The translations under genes were made by a program, and so were the position numbers. Positions 18,656 to 27,865 of a DNA stretch of 64,000 nt are shown here, piece by piece. Positions within the stretch are counted from its first letter, which is position 1. Each line of letters starts with the position of its first letter. The stretch lies in contig OY759599.1 of NCBI GenBank assembly GCA_963662465.1, positions 4,608,001-4,672,000 on the forward strand, given 5' to 3'. The notes below the pieces were generated by a model. It had not been told where the DNA came from. It did no database searches and worked only from the letters and a program-made list of their open reading frames with translations. Source of the stretch: Desulfatiglandales bacterium (GTDB taxonomy: Bacteria; Desulfobacterota; DSM-4660; Desulfatiglandales; Desulfatiglandaceae).

Positions 18656-20175
18656 TATAAAAGTCGCTCCACCGCCGCCCTGAAACTTTTCATTGCAAGC
18701 GGTTTTTCAAGAAAATCCGATGCGCCCAGACGCATGGCTTCCAGAACGTTTTCCTTTTCTCCAAAGCCCGTCACCATAATAACCCTGCAGTCAGGATTGA
18801 TCTCTCGAACCTTTTTCAATAATTCCAGACCACTCATGCCGGGCATATTGATATCGGTGATGAGTAACGGAAAAGGCTTTTTCCGGAATGCCTCAAGGGC
18901 CTTTTCCGGGTCTCCATACCCTTCGCACCCCAGGTTCATCCCCCGCAGAAATCTCATCATAATATCCACCAGCATCGGTTCATCGTCCACCACCATGATG
19001 CGGTTGGAATCCTTCCGCATGACCGCTAAACATTCGTCCACGACCCTGGCATCATAGCTGCTACCCCTTCCCCGGTTCAATTCTTCAATGACGATCTTTT
19101 TGGGAAGGGCGGGCCGGTAAGGCCTGTGGGTAATCATGGCGTCCACCACATCGGCCACCGCCAGAATGCGCGCCCAGGGGTGAATCTCCGCATCCTTAAG
19201 TCCGTGAGGATACCCTTTTCCGTCCAGCCGTTCATGGTGCTGCGATACCACCTCGGCCACGGGCCACGGAAACGGGATGCGATGCAGGGCCTGAAATGCC
19301 GTTTCAGGGTGCCGGCGGATAATGCCGAACTCGTTGTCGGACAACTTCCCCGGCTTGCTCAGGATACCCGATGAGATAACGACCTTTCCCAGATCGTGGA
19401 GTATGCCGCAAACCTTGAGGCCTTCGATGTCTTCCGCGGACATCCCCATTCTTTCCGCAATGCGAACCGCCAACTCCGTGACCCCTCGGGCATGCCCGGC
19501 CGTATAGGGATCACGGCTTTCCAGCAGTTCACTGATGGCCTGGGTGGTACCCACGAAGCTGGAGGTGAGTTCTTCGGTTTTCTCCCTAACCAGGCTCTCC
19601 AGTCTATCGTTCAATCCCTGGAGTTCAGCCTGGGTGTTCCTGAGCTGTCGGTTCTGTTCCAGAGCATTCTGATAGATAGAAAAAAAGAGGGTCAGGATCT
19701 GTTCGTGCCGGGAAGTTACCCGATGGATTTTGCCATCTACGAGGAGATCGAATTCTTTCGGTGTCTCCGGGGTTCTTTCTCCGGGAGGTGCATTTAAAAT
19801 GGCCTTCACGGATGAAAGAAAAAAGGTCTCATCATAGGGTTTGATCATATAGTAATCGGCGCCGGCGTTAATGGCCCGCACCACATCTTCCGGATTGGAG
19901 AGCGATGAAATAAGCATGATGGGGATTTTCCCGAGCAATGGATCGTGCTTTACGGCATGGGTCATCTCGCATCCGTCCATCTCCGGCATGACGATATCGC
20001 TGACAATGAGCGCCGGTTGTCGCTTGCCCGCTGCCGCAAGCCCTTCAATGCCGTTGACGGCCACCATAGTGGAATACCCCTGCTCATCCAGGATAAATTT
20101 AAATTGCGCCGCCTGTGTGGGGCTGTCTTCCACAATCAGAATGTCAAGTGGGTCTATCATCATCTTTTCCTTCAT
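18655..20175 (-). CDS. REC - HD-GYP phosphodiesterase - REC
   Basis: LHDLGK and HHERLDGKGYP motifs; N- and C-terminal receiver domains. Confidence 0.92.
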   Translation of the reverse strand: MKEKMMIDPLDILIVEDSPTQAAQFKFILDEQGYSTMVAVNGIEGLAAAGKRQPALIVSDIVMPEMDGCEMTHAVKHDPLLGKIPIMLISSLSNPEDVVRAINAGADYYMIKPYDETFFLSSVKAILNAPPGERTPETPKEFDLLVDGKIHRVTSRHEQILTLFFSIYQNALEQNRQLRNTQAELQGLNDRLESLVREKTEELTSSFVGTTQAISELLESRDPYTAGHARGVTELAVRIAERMGMSAEDIEGLKVCGILHDLGKVVISSGILSKPGKLSDNEFGIIRRHPETAFQALHRIPFPWPVAEVVSQHHERLDGKGYPHGLKDAEIHPWARILAVADVVDAMITHRPYRPALPKKIVIEELNRGRGSSYDARVVDECLAVMRKDSNRIMVVDDEPMLVDIMMRFLRGMNLGCEGYGDPEKALEAFRKKPFPLLITDINMPGMSGLELLKKVREINPDCRVIMVTGFGEKENVLEAMRLGASDFLEKPLAMKSFRAAVERLL

Positions 20176-20205
20176 TATACTTATTTAAGGCATGATATTG
20201 GGAAT

Positions 20206-22518
20206 CTAAGCGAGCTTGTACTGGGCCACAATGGCCTTGATTTCTTCTGCCAGTTCGTTAAGTCCGGCTGCCGCCTTCTCAGCCTGCTGAGTCCCTGCTT
20301 CCGTCTGGCCGGCCGCCTGGTCGATGCTTTCCATGGCCGAATTCACCTGGTCCATGCCCGCCAGCTGCTGGCGCGTACTGGCGGCAATCTGCCGGGCCGC
20401 TTCCTCTACCTTCTGAATGCGGCTCGCGATGGCTTCAATGGCCTCTCCCGTGGAGCGGGCCAGCTGTTGTCCCACCTCGGTACGCCTGGTCCCTTCTTCC
20501 GTCACCATGACAGCGGTATTGGTGGCTTTCTGAATGTCTCCCAGGATATCTTTTACCTGGGCCGTGGCCTGGCGCGACTGTTCCGCCAGGCTCCGGACTT
20601 CCCCCGCCACCACGGCGAACCCTTTTCCCGCCTCCCCCGCACGGGCCGCTTCAATAGCCGCATTCAACGCCAGCAGGTTGGACTGATCCGCGATATCGTT
20701 CACAGTGGCGATGATCGCCCCGATCTGCTGGGTCTGTTCACTGAGGGCCAGGATGGTCTCAGCGATATTGGCCACCTGCTCTTTGATGTTGTCCATTCCC
20801 GTTACGGTTTCCTTGACCGCCTCAAGGCCCCGCTTTGAAGCCTCCGTGGACTCCTCCACCATGCGGGACACCAGTGTCACCCGTTCATGTGACTGTTCCG
20901 CCGTCTGACGAACTTCCTGCACCGTCGTGCTGGTCTCGTTGACCGAGGCCGCCTGCTGGCTGACGGTGGCGGCCTGCTGGCTGGTGGTGGCCAGGATCTC
21001 ACTGGCCGCCGAAGAAATATTAGAAGTGGCTTCCCGCATGCGGGTAGCGAGATTGCGAAGTCCACTGGTCATAGCGTTGAGGTTCATGCCCAGGATGTCC
21101 AGATCGTCCTGACCGGTCACCGTTAACTGCCCGGTCAAATCCCCCTTGCCCACTTTTTCCACAAAGGTCACGTAGTTTCGAACCGTATCTTCCAGATACG
21201 CCTTCACCTTTCGTTCTTCAGCCGCCTTTTGCTCCACGTCCTCCATGGAGGTTTTCAGTTTTAGCACCATGCCGTTAAACGCATCGGCCAGAATGCGCAG
21301 CTCATCTTTTGATGTCACATGGGCTTCCACATCCAGCTTGCCGGATCTCACGGCCTGGGCCGTGTTCGTGATCTGTCGTATCGGCCGTGACAGGGTGGCG
21401 GCGATCCATAAGGCAAGAAGGGCCACGATGGCCGCCGCAACGCCACCGATCACCCAGGTCATATTCCGGAGATGCCGGGACAATGCAAAGGCGTTGGCTT
21501 CATCCACCTCGGCCAGGATGGCCCATTTCAACCCCCCCATGTTGAGGGGGGCATAGGAAGATAGCACCTTTTTTCCTCTATAATCCATGACCAGACCTGT
21601 ACCGCTTTCACCGGCCAGGGCCTTGCGGGAAGCCTCAGTATCCACGCCGTTTTCCGCAACGGTTCCCACCAGGGAAGCCTTCACCGAATGGGTTTCCCGA
21701 TTCAGAAGAGAATCCGATCGCATCCGTTTATCCGGTCCCACCAGGTAGGATTCTTCCCCCTTGGCGATTTTGGAACCAGAGGTCATGATATCGTTGATCA
21801 GGGTAAAGGGAATCTGATATACGAGGCTGCCGGCACGGACCGGACCGTTGTATATGGGCGCACCGGCGAACATGGCCGGTTCACCGTCCATGAGGCCCAC
21901 ATCCGCAAAGATAACATCACCATTTTTGGCGGATTTCAGTTGTTGAAAAAGATTCCCCAGGTTGGTGTCCTTGAAAACATCCGATGTGATATTCAGGCCG
22001 AAAATCTTTCCCTTGTTGGTGCTGTAAACCACATTTCCCTCATTGTTCACCAGGATAACATCCTCAATTTCCAGTATTTTCTTGTGTCCGGGAAGAGAGG
22101 CGTGACGCTCCTGATGGATTGCACTGTATCCGCTGCCGTCTTCCGCATTGAGAACGTCCGGTTTTCCCAGGTAGAGCGAACGAACTTTCTCCGGCCCCAC
22201 GAAGCGAAATCCATTGGTTAGATCTCCTATGCCATAAACGACATCCGGTTCTTTGGACATCTGGGCTAGATCCGCCACCCATCGCTCTATATTCCGGGTG
22301 ATTTGGCTCTTCTTCAGAAATGTTTCTTCCGCCATCTGAGAAAACGCCTCCTGACGCAGTGCCTTCTGGGCTTCCTCATAAAAAAGCACCCCCAGAACCG
22401 CAAGCGGGACCAGTGAAAACAACAGAAACCATACTAAGAGTTTTCCCTGAATGCTTCGAAAAAAATTGAGTGACCCCGCGGTTTCAACGGACATGTTCAC
22501 GCCTTCATCTTTCATCAT
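20206..22518 (-). CDS. Methyl-accepting chemotaxis protein (Cache-like, HAMP)
   Basis: Two TM segments, [34 protein letters not shown]. Confidence 0.93.
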   Translation of the reverse strand: MMKDEGVNMSVETAGSLNFFRSIQGKLLVWFLLFSLVPLAVLGVLFYEEAQKALRQEAFSQMAEETFLKKSQITRNIERWVADLAQMSKEPDVVYGIGDLTNGFRFVGPEKVRSLYLGKPDVLNAEDGSGYSAIHQERHASLPGHKKILEIEDVILVNNEGNVVYSTNKGKIFGLNITSDVFKDTNLGNLFQQLKSAKNGDVIFADVGLMDGEPAMFAGAPIYNGPVRAGSLVYQIPFTLINDIMTSGSKIAKGEESYLVGPDKRMRSDSLLNRETHSVKASLVGTVAENGVDTEASRKALAGESGTGLVMDYRGKKVLSSYAPLNMGGLKWAILAEVDEANAFALSRHLRNMTWVIGGVAAAIVALLALWIAATLSRPIRQITNTAQAVRSGKLDVEAHVTSKDELRILADAFNGMVLKLKTSMEDVEQKAAEERKVKAYLEDTVRNYVTFVEKVGKGDLTGQLTVTGQDDLDILGMNLNAMTSGLRNLATRMREATSNISSAASEILATTSQQAATVSQQAASVNETSTTVQEVRQTAEQSHERVTLVSRMVEESTEASKRGLEAVKETVTGMDNIKEQVANIAETILALSEQTQQIGAIIATVNDIADQSNLLALNAAIEAARAGEAGKGFAVVAGEVRSLAEQSRQATAQVKDILGDIQKATNTAVMVTEEGTRRTEVGQQLARSTGEAIEAIASRIQKVEEAARQIAASTRQQLAGMDQVNSAMESIDQAAGQTEAGTQQAEKAAAGLNELAEEIKAIVAQYKLA

Positions 22519-22536
22519 GGTTTATCCTCCGGAAGG

Positions 22537-23793
22537 TCAATACGTGGGCTGCCATTTGCCATCCTTGACCTTGATAATGTGGATGGTTCGAATGCCGTCT
22601 CCCTTTTTGTCAAAAACCATCATGCCGGCAGTGCCCCGCCACATTTTCATGTGAGCCAGACCCTCACGGATTTTGTTGCGGTTTTCCTGAACCTGGGCCG
22701 GATCACTGGTGATTCCTTCTTTCCTCATGATATTCACCAGAAACTGCAGGATATCGTACACCACCACATCGAACTGTTCCGCCTGACATTCCATGTCCGC
22801 GTATTTTTCTTTGCATCGCTTTGAAAATGCGTTCACATATTTGGAGACTTGAGGATTGGGGTCGCTCGGGTTAAACAGGGCGTTGGACCACACCCCTTCC
22901 GCCGCTTCCCCGGCCAGTTGGATGACGGTGGGTGTCCCCACGGTACTCCCCCCCAGGATCGGTTGGATCAACCCGCTAAGCCGTATTTCCTTAATGAGGG
23001 CGCCGGCCTCAAAAGGAAAAGCGGCAATACAGATACCGTCCGGTTTCAACGCCTGCACCTTTTTCACCTGTTCGCTGAAATTCTTTTCCCCGGTTTCAAA
23101 AGTAATGGGGTTTTCCAGGTCCAAAACCTTGACGTTTTGATCCTTGAATATCCTGGGCCACAGTTTTTCCCCAAGTGGTCGAGTAGACACATCCTTTCGG
23201 TCATACAGGATGGCAACGGTTTTGATGTGATTGGCCTTTATCCATGCTTGAGCTACGCTCACCTCTTTTTTTTCGGCGCTGACGGTCATGCGAAAGGCAT
23301 AGGGATATGCTTTGAGATCGCTCAGCCCCGGTTTAGAAGATGCAGTGGCAATAATAGGCACCTTCTCCTCGTTGGTCACTGAACGAAGGGTTTCAAAAGT
23401 ACCGCTGAAAAGCGGCCCGATCACGGCCAGAACCCGGTCCGAATTTGCCAGTTCCCGGTAGGCGGTGGTGGCCTTTGCCGCGTCCCCGCCCGTATCGAGG
23501 GCGAACATTTCCACCGGTGTTCCGTTCACCCCGCCCCGAAGGTTTATTTTTTCAACGGCCATCTCCATTGCCACAATCTGTTTCTTCCCCCAGTCCGGGC
23601 TGGGGCCGGTCATAGGCGCCAGAAGCCCCACTTTGATAGGACCTGGTTCCGCCGCGGCCGGACAGAGGAAGAACAACATCATGAAACCCATCAACGCCAT
23701 TACAATGGCCAAACTTTTAACCAAATTTTTCATAACCATTTCCCTCCTTAAAAGATTGGATTTCACTTTTTTGTAAAAGTCAGTTCTCAACAA
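22537..23793 (-). CDS. Periplasmic solute-binding protein (LivJ/PBP1 family); true start may be a later Met
   Basis: Signal peptide, IKVGLLAPMTG, IN..GGVNG, VLAVIGP. Confidence 0.88.
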   Translation of the reverse strand: MLRTDFYKKVKSNLLRREMVMKNLVKSLAIVMALMGFMMLFFLCPAAAEPGPIKVGLLAPMTGPSPDWGKKQIVAMEMAVEKINLRGGVNGTPVEMFALDTGGDAAKATTAYRELANSDRVLAVIGPLFSGTFETLRSVTNEEKVPIIATASSKPGLSDLKAYPYAFRMTVSAEKKEVSVAQAWIKANHIKTVAILYDRKDVSTRPLGEKLWPRIFKDQNVKVLDLENPITFETGEKNFSEQVKKVQALKPDGICIAAFPFEAGALIKEIRLSGLIQPILGGSTVGTPTVIQLAGEAAEGVWSNALFNPSDPNPQVSKYVNAFSKRCKEKYADMECQAEQFDVVVYDILQFLVNIMRKEGITSDPAQVQENRNKIREGLAHMKMWRGTAGMMVFDKKGDGIRTIHIIKVKDGKWQPTY

Positions 23794-24181
23794 CTATGAC
23801 GCCTTCCAGAACCCCTTTGCACAAGTTGAGGATCATATCGCCATCCACCGGCTTGTTGAGTACTTCGAATTCCGCGCCCTGGTCGGCCACGTGCTGCAGT
23901 TCCTCAAAGAATTCCCCGTAAAACGCCGTCACAATATAAACCGGAATGTCTTTATTCAGCTTTTGAATTTCACGAAGCGTCTCCACGCCATTCATTCCGG
24001 GCATCTTCAAATCGAGAAAGACCAGGTGGTAGCTTTGGCGTTTTAAAATTTCAATGCCGTCCATACCCGACGACGCCGTGTCCACCTGGTAGCCGCTATC
24101 TTCCAGGGCCAGTTCAAAGGATTTACGAATGGCGTCTTCATCATCAATCACAAGGATTCGTTTTGTCATTTTCTCCTCCAT
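23780..24181 (-). CDS. Single-domain response regulator
   Basis: ILVIDDE, FLDLKMPGMNG, KP. Confidence 0.9.
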   Translation of the reverse strand: MEEKMTKRILVIDDEDAIRKSFELALEDSGYQVDTASSGMDGIEILKRQSYHLVFLDLKMPGMNGVETLREIQKLNKDIPVYIVTAFYGEFFEELQHVADQGAEFEVLNKPVDGDMILNLCKGVLEGVIVVEN

Positions 24182-24196
24182 CTCATGTCACCTCAA

Positions 24197-26392
24197 TCAC
24201 ACGGGCAACCGCACCGTGAAAACACTCCCTTTACCGACTTCGCTTCGGCATTCAATGGCGCCGCCGTGCTTTTCAATAATTCCCCGGCTCACGGACAATC
24301 CCAAACCTGTTCCTTTACCCACCGGCTTGGTGGTATAGAAAGGATCAAAGATCTTCGCTTCTATATCTTTCGGTATCCCGCTTCCGGTATCCTTCACCCG
24401 GACCCTCACAAAACCGTCCGAATCCCCATCGATGTGAACATCGATGGCACGGGTTTTTGTATCTGTCATGGCATCCAGCGCATTTCCGATGAGGTTCAGG
24501 AAAATCTGTTGGATATTGCCGGCGTTGACGGATACATCCGGACAGCCGGGCGATGTGGTCACGTTGAATGAAACCCCATCCTTTTCAATGCGATAGGAAA
24601 GGAGTTTGTGCACACGTTCAATGATTTCCCCGCAGCTGATCCGTTCAGTGTTGCCTTCATCATCCGGCCTCATGCGGCAAAAGGTCTGCAGGTTCTTAAC
24701 GATATCGATACACCGCCGCGTTTCCCGCTCCATGTCATGAAGAACCGAAAAGAGCTTGGATTCCGGATCCACATGTTTTTTGCAGTACTGCGCAAAATTG
24801 AGCATCCCCATCATGGGATTGTTCAGTTCGTGGGCGATCCCCGCCGTCAGCGTTCCCAGCGCCCCCAGTTTCTCCGCCTGAATCAACTGGGCCTGAGACT
24901 CTTTCAGGGCTACAGTACGCTCCTCCACCCGCTTTTCCAGATTGTCATGGGCGCTTTTGAGCTGATTTTCCGTCTCTTTAAGAAGGCTGATGTCCACAAA
25001 GCTCTCCAGCAGGTGACGTCGGCCTTTGAGGATGATGGGCGCCACGGTTTTGAGAATGGGCACTTCCCTGCCATCGCCGGTAATGAGAATCCGTTCCGAA
25101 TTGTCCACTTCCTCATGGAGATCGGTAATGGGACATCGCCCGATTTCCGCGGGGCATATGAACTGATGACAAAGGGAGCCCAGCACCTTTTCTCCCTCAA
25201 CGCTGATCATTTTGATGGCGGTCGGGTTGGCATCCACAATCAAATGGTTCTCAGGATCAATCACCACAATACCGGCGGAAGCATAATCGAAAATGATCCG
25301 CATCTGCGCCTCCCGTTCCGCCAAATCCTTTTCCATCTGTTTCCGCACTGAGATGTCCCGAATGACCCCTACGGTCCCCATGAAATCCCGGCTTTCCGCA
25401 TTGGGGTTGATCTCCCACATGCCGGAACTGTTCACCTCCACGATCAGATAATCGGAACTGAGCGCCTCAATGTATCCCGGCTCAGAGGATGCCTTGTTCC
25501 GGGGCACCAGGCAAACTTCAAGCCCTTCAGTTTTTCGTATCCCCGTCCGCTGTTCATTAAAAAGTTTGGGCGCCTTTTTATCGCCGGTTTTTGTTCCCTT
25601 TAATTTTTCCAGAACCATTGCACGGTCCACCCGCTGAGCATCCGCGGGCATAATGATGATGCTGAAATGCTGACCGATGAGGTCTTCAGGCATATACCCC
25701 AAACGATTGATAGCTTCGTTAACAAAGGTAAATCTACCCTGGGGATCGATACGGTACACAATATCCGGAATGGTCTTGACCAAGCTTCGGAATCGATTTT
25801 CCGAAAACCGCAATTCACAGACCCGATCCTCCAGCTTTTCATTGAGTTCCCGGAGTTCCTCCTGGGCCTTCAAAAGCTCTGTGTTCCGCTGCACGGCATT
25901 TTCGTAAGTGGAGAGCAGCAGGTTCATGATCCGCGTGCTGGTGGAGCGCACTTTCCGAAGCTTTCCCCCGACGACAATCTCGAGCTCCTCCCACTGCTCA
26001 TCTCTTTTCACCACTGGGGTATGGGTCAGGACGTCCTTCACACGGGAGAGCAGGGCGGTTTCATCAAAAGGCTTGGTCAGGTAGTAATCCGCTTTGGCAT
26101 CAAGACCTTTCAGGATATCTTCCGGGTCAGAAAGGGTGGTCAACAAAATGATCGGGATTTGCGCCAGATCCGAATCATCCTTGATGCAGCAGCACATCTC
26201 ATAACCGCTCATTTCGGGCATCATAACGTCGCTGATAATCAAGTGGGGATGCTCTTTCGATGCCGCCTCCAAACCTTGCCGCCCATTTGGGGCCACATGA
26301 ACCCCATAGCCCGCCTGTTCCAGCAGAAACTTGAGGTACATGGACTGGGTGGGACTGTCCTCCACCACCAGAATGCGGGATTTATTAACCAT
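24197..26392 (-). CDS. REC-PAS-PAS histidine kinase
   Basis: REC; two PAS domains; AGIAHELNNP H-box; KPVGKGTGLGLS. Confidence 0.93.
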   Translation of the reverse strand: MVNKSRILVVEDSPTQSMYLKFLLEQAGYGVHVAPNGRQGLEAASKEHPHLIISDVMMPEMSGYEMCCCIKDDSDLAQIPIILLTTLSDPEDILKGLDAKADYYLTKPFDETALLSRVKDVLTHTPVVKRDEQWEELEIVVGGKLRKVRSTSTRIMNLLLSTYENAVQRNTELLKAQEELRELNEKLEDRVCELRFSENRFRSLVKTIPDIVYRIDPQGRFTFVNEAINRLGYMPEDLIGQHFSIIIMPADAQRVDRAMVLEKLKGTKTGDKKAPKLFNEQRTGIRKTEGLEVCLVPRNKASSEPGYIEALSSDYLIVEVNSSGMWEINPNAESRDFMGTVGVIRDISVRKQMEKDLAEREAQMRIIFDYASAGIVVIDPENHLIVDANPTAIKMISVEGEKVLGSLCHQFICPAEIGRCPITDLHEEVDNSERILITGDGREVPILKTVAPIILKGRRHLLESFVDISLLKETENQLKSAHDNLEKRVEERTVALKESQAQLIQAEKLGALGTLTAGIAHELNNPMMGMLNFAQYCKKHVDPESKLFSVLHDMERETRRCIDIVKNLQTFCRMRPDDEGNTERISCGEIIERVHKLLSYRIEKDGVSFNVTTSPGCPDVSVNAGNIQQIFLNLIGNALDAMTDTKTRAIDVHIDGDSDGFVRVRVKDTGSGIPKDIEAKIFDPFYTTKPVGKGTGLGLSVSRGIIEKHGGAIECRSEVGKGSVFTVRLPV

Positions 26393-26816
26393 TGTGCCTC
26401 TCCTGAGATGTCGCCTTGGGTTTAACCTTGACCAGACTCTTGACCTTCAGCAAAAACTCGGTTTCCCAGTTGGGTGGCTCAAAACCAAACCCTTCCGGCT
26501 TTGCCAGCACATCCAGGGCACCGGCCTGAATCGCCTCAAAGGCCACATTTATTTCCCGGAAATTGGTGTTGGCCGTCACCACGATAATGGGCGTGGGATT
26601 TTCCGACATGATCCGCCGGGTGGCCGCCAGCCCATCCATGACCGGCATGGCCACATCCATGGTAATCAGATCCGGTTTCAGGCGGAGGGTCATGTCAATG
26701 GCTTCCAGGCCGTTCACGGCTTCCCCCACCACCTCTATTTCCGGATCAGCATCGAGAAGCTCCTTTAAAATTAGACGGATGGTTTTCGAATCATCCACGA
26801 TCAATATGCGAATCAT
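26385..26816 (-). CDS. Stand-alone receiver resembling the CheB REC domain
   Basis: ITMDVAMPVMDG..ATRRIM...PTPIIVV; no methylesterase domain. Confidence 0.85.
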   Translation of the reverse strand: MIRILIVDDSKTIRLILKELLDADPEIEVVGEAVNGLEAIDMTLRLKPDLITMDVAMPVMDGLAATRRIMSENPTPIIVVTANTNFREINVAFEAIQAGALDVLAKPEGFGFEPPNWETEFLLKVKSLVKVKPKATSQERHNG

Positions 26817-27865
26817 AAGATTAACTCCTTAATTTTATGGGCGATCTTATTCAGCGCCAGCACTTCAGTGACCGCACCCATGGCAATGGCTTCCTTGGGC
26901 ATGCCGAAAACAATGGAACTGGCCTCATCCTGGGCGATGGTATAGGCCCCGGCCTGTTTCATGGCGTATAACCCATTGGCACCATCCCTGCCCATTCCAG
27001 TCATCAACACGCCCACAGCGGTCGGACCATACTGTTTTGCCACTGAGTTGAAGAGGGCCGTCACCGAAGGTCGGTGCCCGTCCAATGGATTTTCCACCAG
27101 AAGCGCCACCTTTTTTTGAGGGCTGACCTGCAGATGTACCCCGTCCGGAGCAATGTACACGGTGCCCGACAGGAGGGGTTCCCCCGCATCCGCCAGTTTC
27201 ACCCGCAACGCAATGGTCTCATTGAGCCATCGGGCCAGGCCGCCGGTAAATCCTTTGCTGATATGCTGAACCACCAGCACCGGCACGGAAAAGGTGGCCG
27301 GCAGTTCACCCAAAACCGTCCGAAGGGCCGGCGGTCCGCCCGTTGAGGTGCCGACGGCAAGGATTTGGTATGCCGGTTGAACGGGCCTTGACACCTGATT
27401 GCGGTAACCGACCGGTTCCGGATGTTTCGGGATATGCCATCTGCGCCGGATCACTTTCACATCCGCCATGGCCTTGACCACATTGATGAGTTCATCCGCA
27501 TCCGGGTCATCGCTCCGAAGTCCCCGGGGTTTTCTGATGACCATCAATGCGCCGGACTCCACCCCTTTATAAGTCGCCCCCAGACGAATATCCGATTCGG
27601 TGCTGGTCAGCACCACAATGGGCACCGGGGTTTCAGACATGATCCGGCGAATGGCCTCATAACCGTCCATGTGCGGCATCTGAATATCCATGGTGACCAC
27701 GTTCGGTTGCAGCCGGGCCACCATGGCCACCGCTTCCTCTCCATTTCGCGCTTCTCCCACCACCTTCAGTTCCGGATCGGTGGTCAAAATGGCGCGAATC
27801 AAATGTCTGAGCGTCGGTGAATCATCGACAATTAAGACGTTGATCATATCAACATTCCTATCCAA
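26813..27865 (-). CDS. cheB: Chemotaxis methylesterase CheB (WspF-like)
   Basis: REC plus GTSTGGP, VQHI and MTGMGRDGA motifs. Confidence 0.95.
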   Translation of the reverse strand: MDRNVDMINVLIVDDSPTLRHLIRAILTTDPELKVVGEARNGEEAVAMVARLQPNVVTMDIQMPHMDGYEAIRRIMSETPVPIVVLTSTESDIRLGATYKGVESGALMVIRKPRGLRSDDPDADELINVVKAMADVKVIRRRWHIPKHPEPVGYRNQVSRPVQPAYQILAVGTSTGGPPALRTVLGELPATFSVPVLVVQHISKGFTGGLARWLNETIALRVKLADAGEPLLSGTVYIAPDGVHLQVSPQKKVALLVENPLDGHRPSVTALFNSVAKQYGPTAVGVLMTGMGRDGANGLYAMKQAGAYTIAQDEASSIVFGMPKEAIAMGAVTEVLALNKIAHKIKELIL

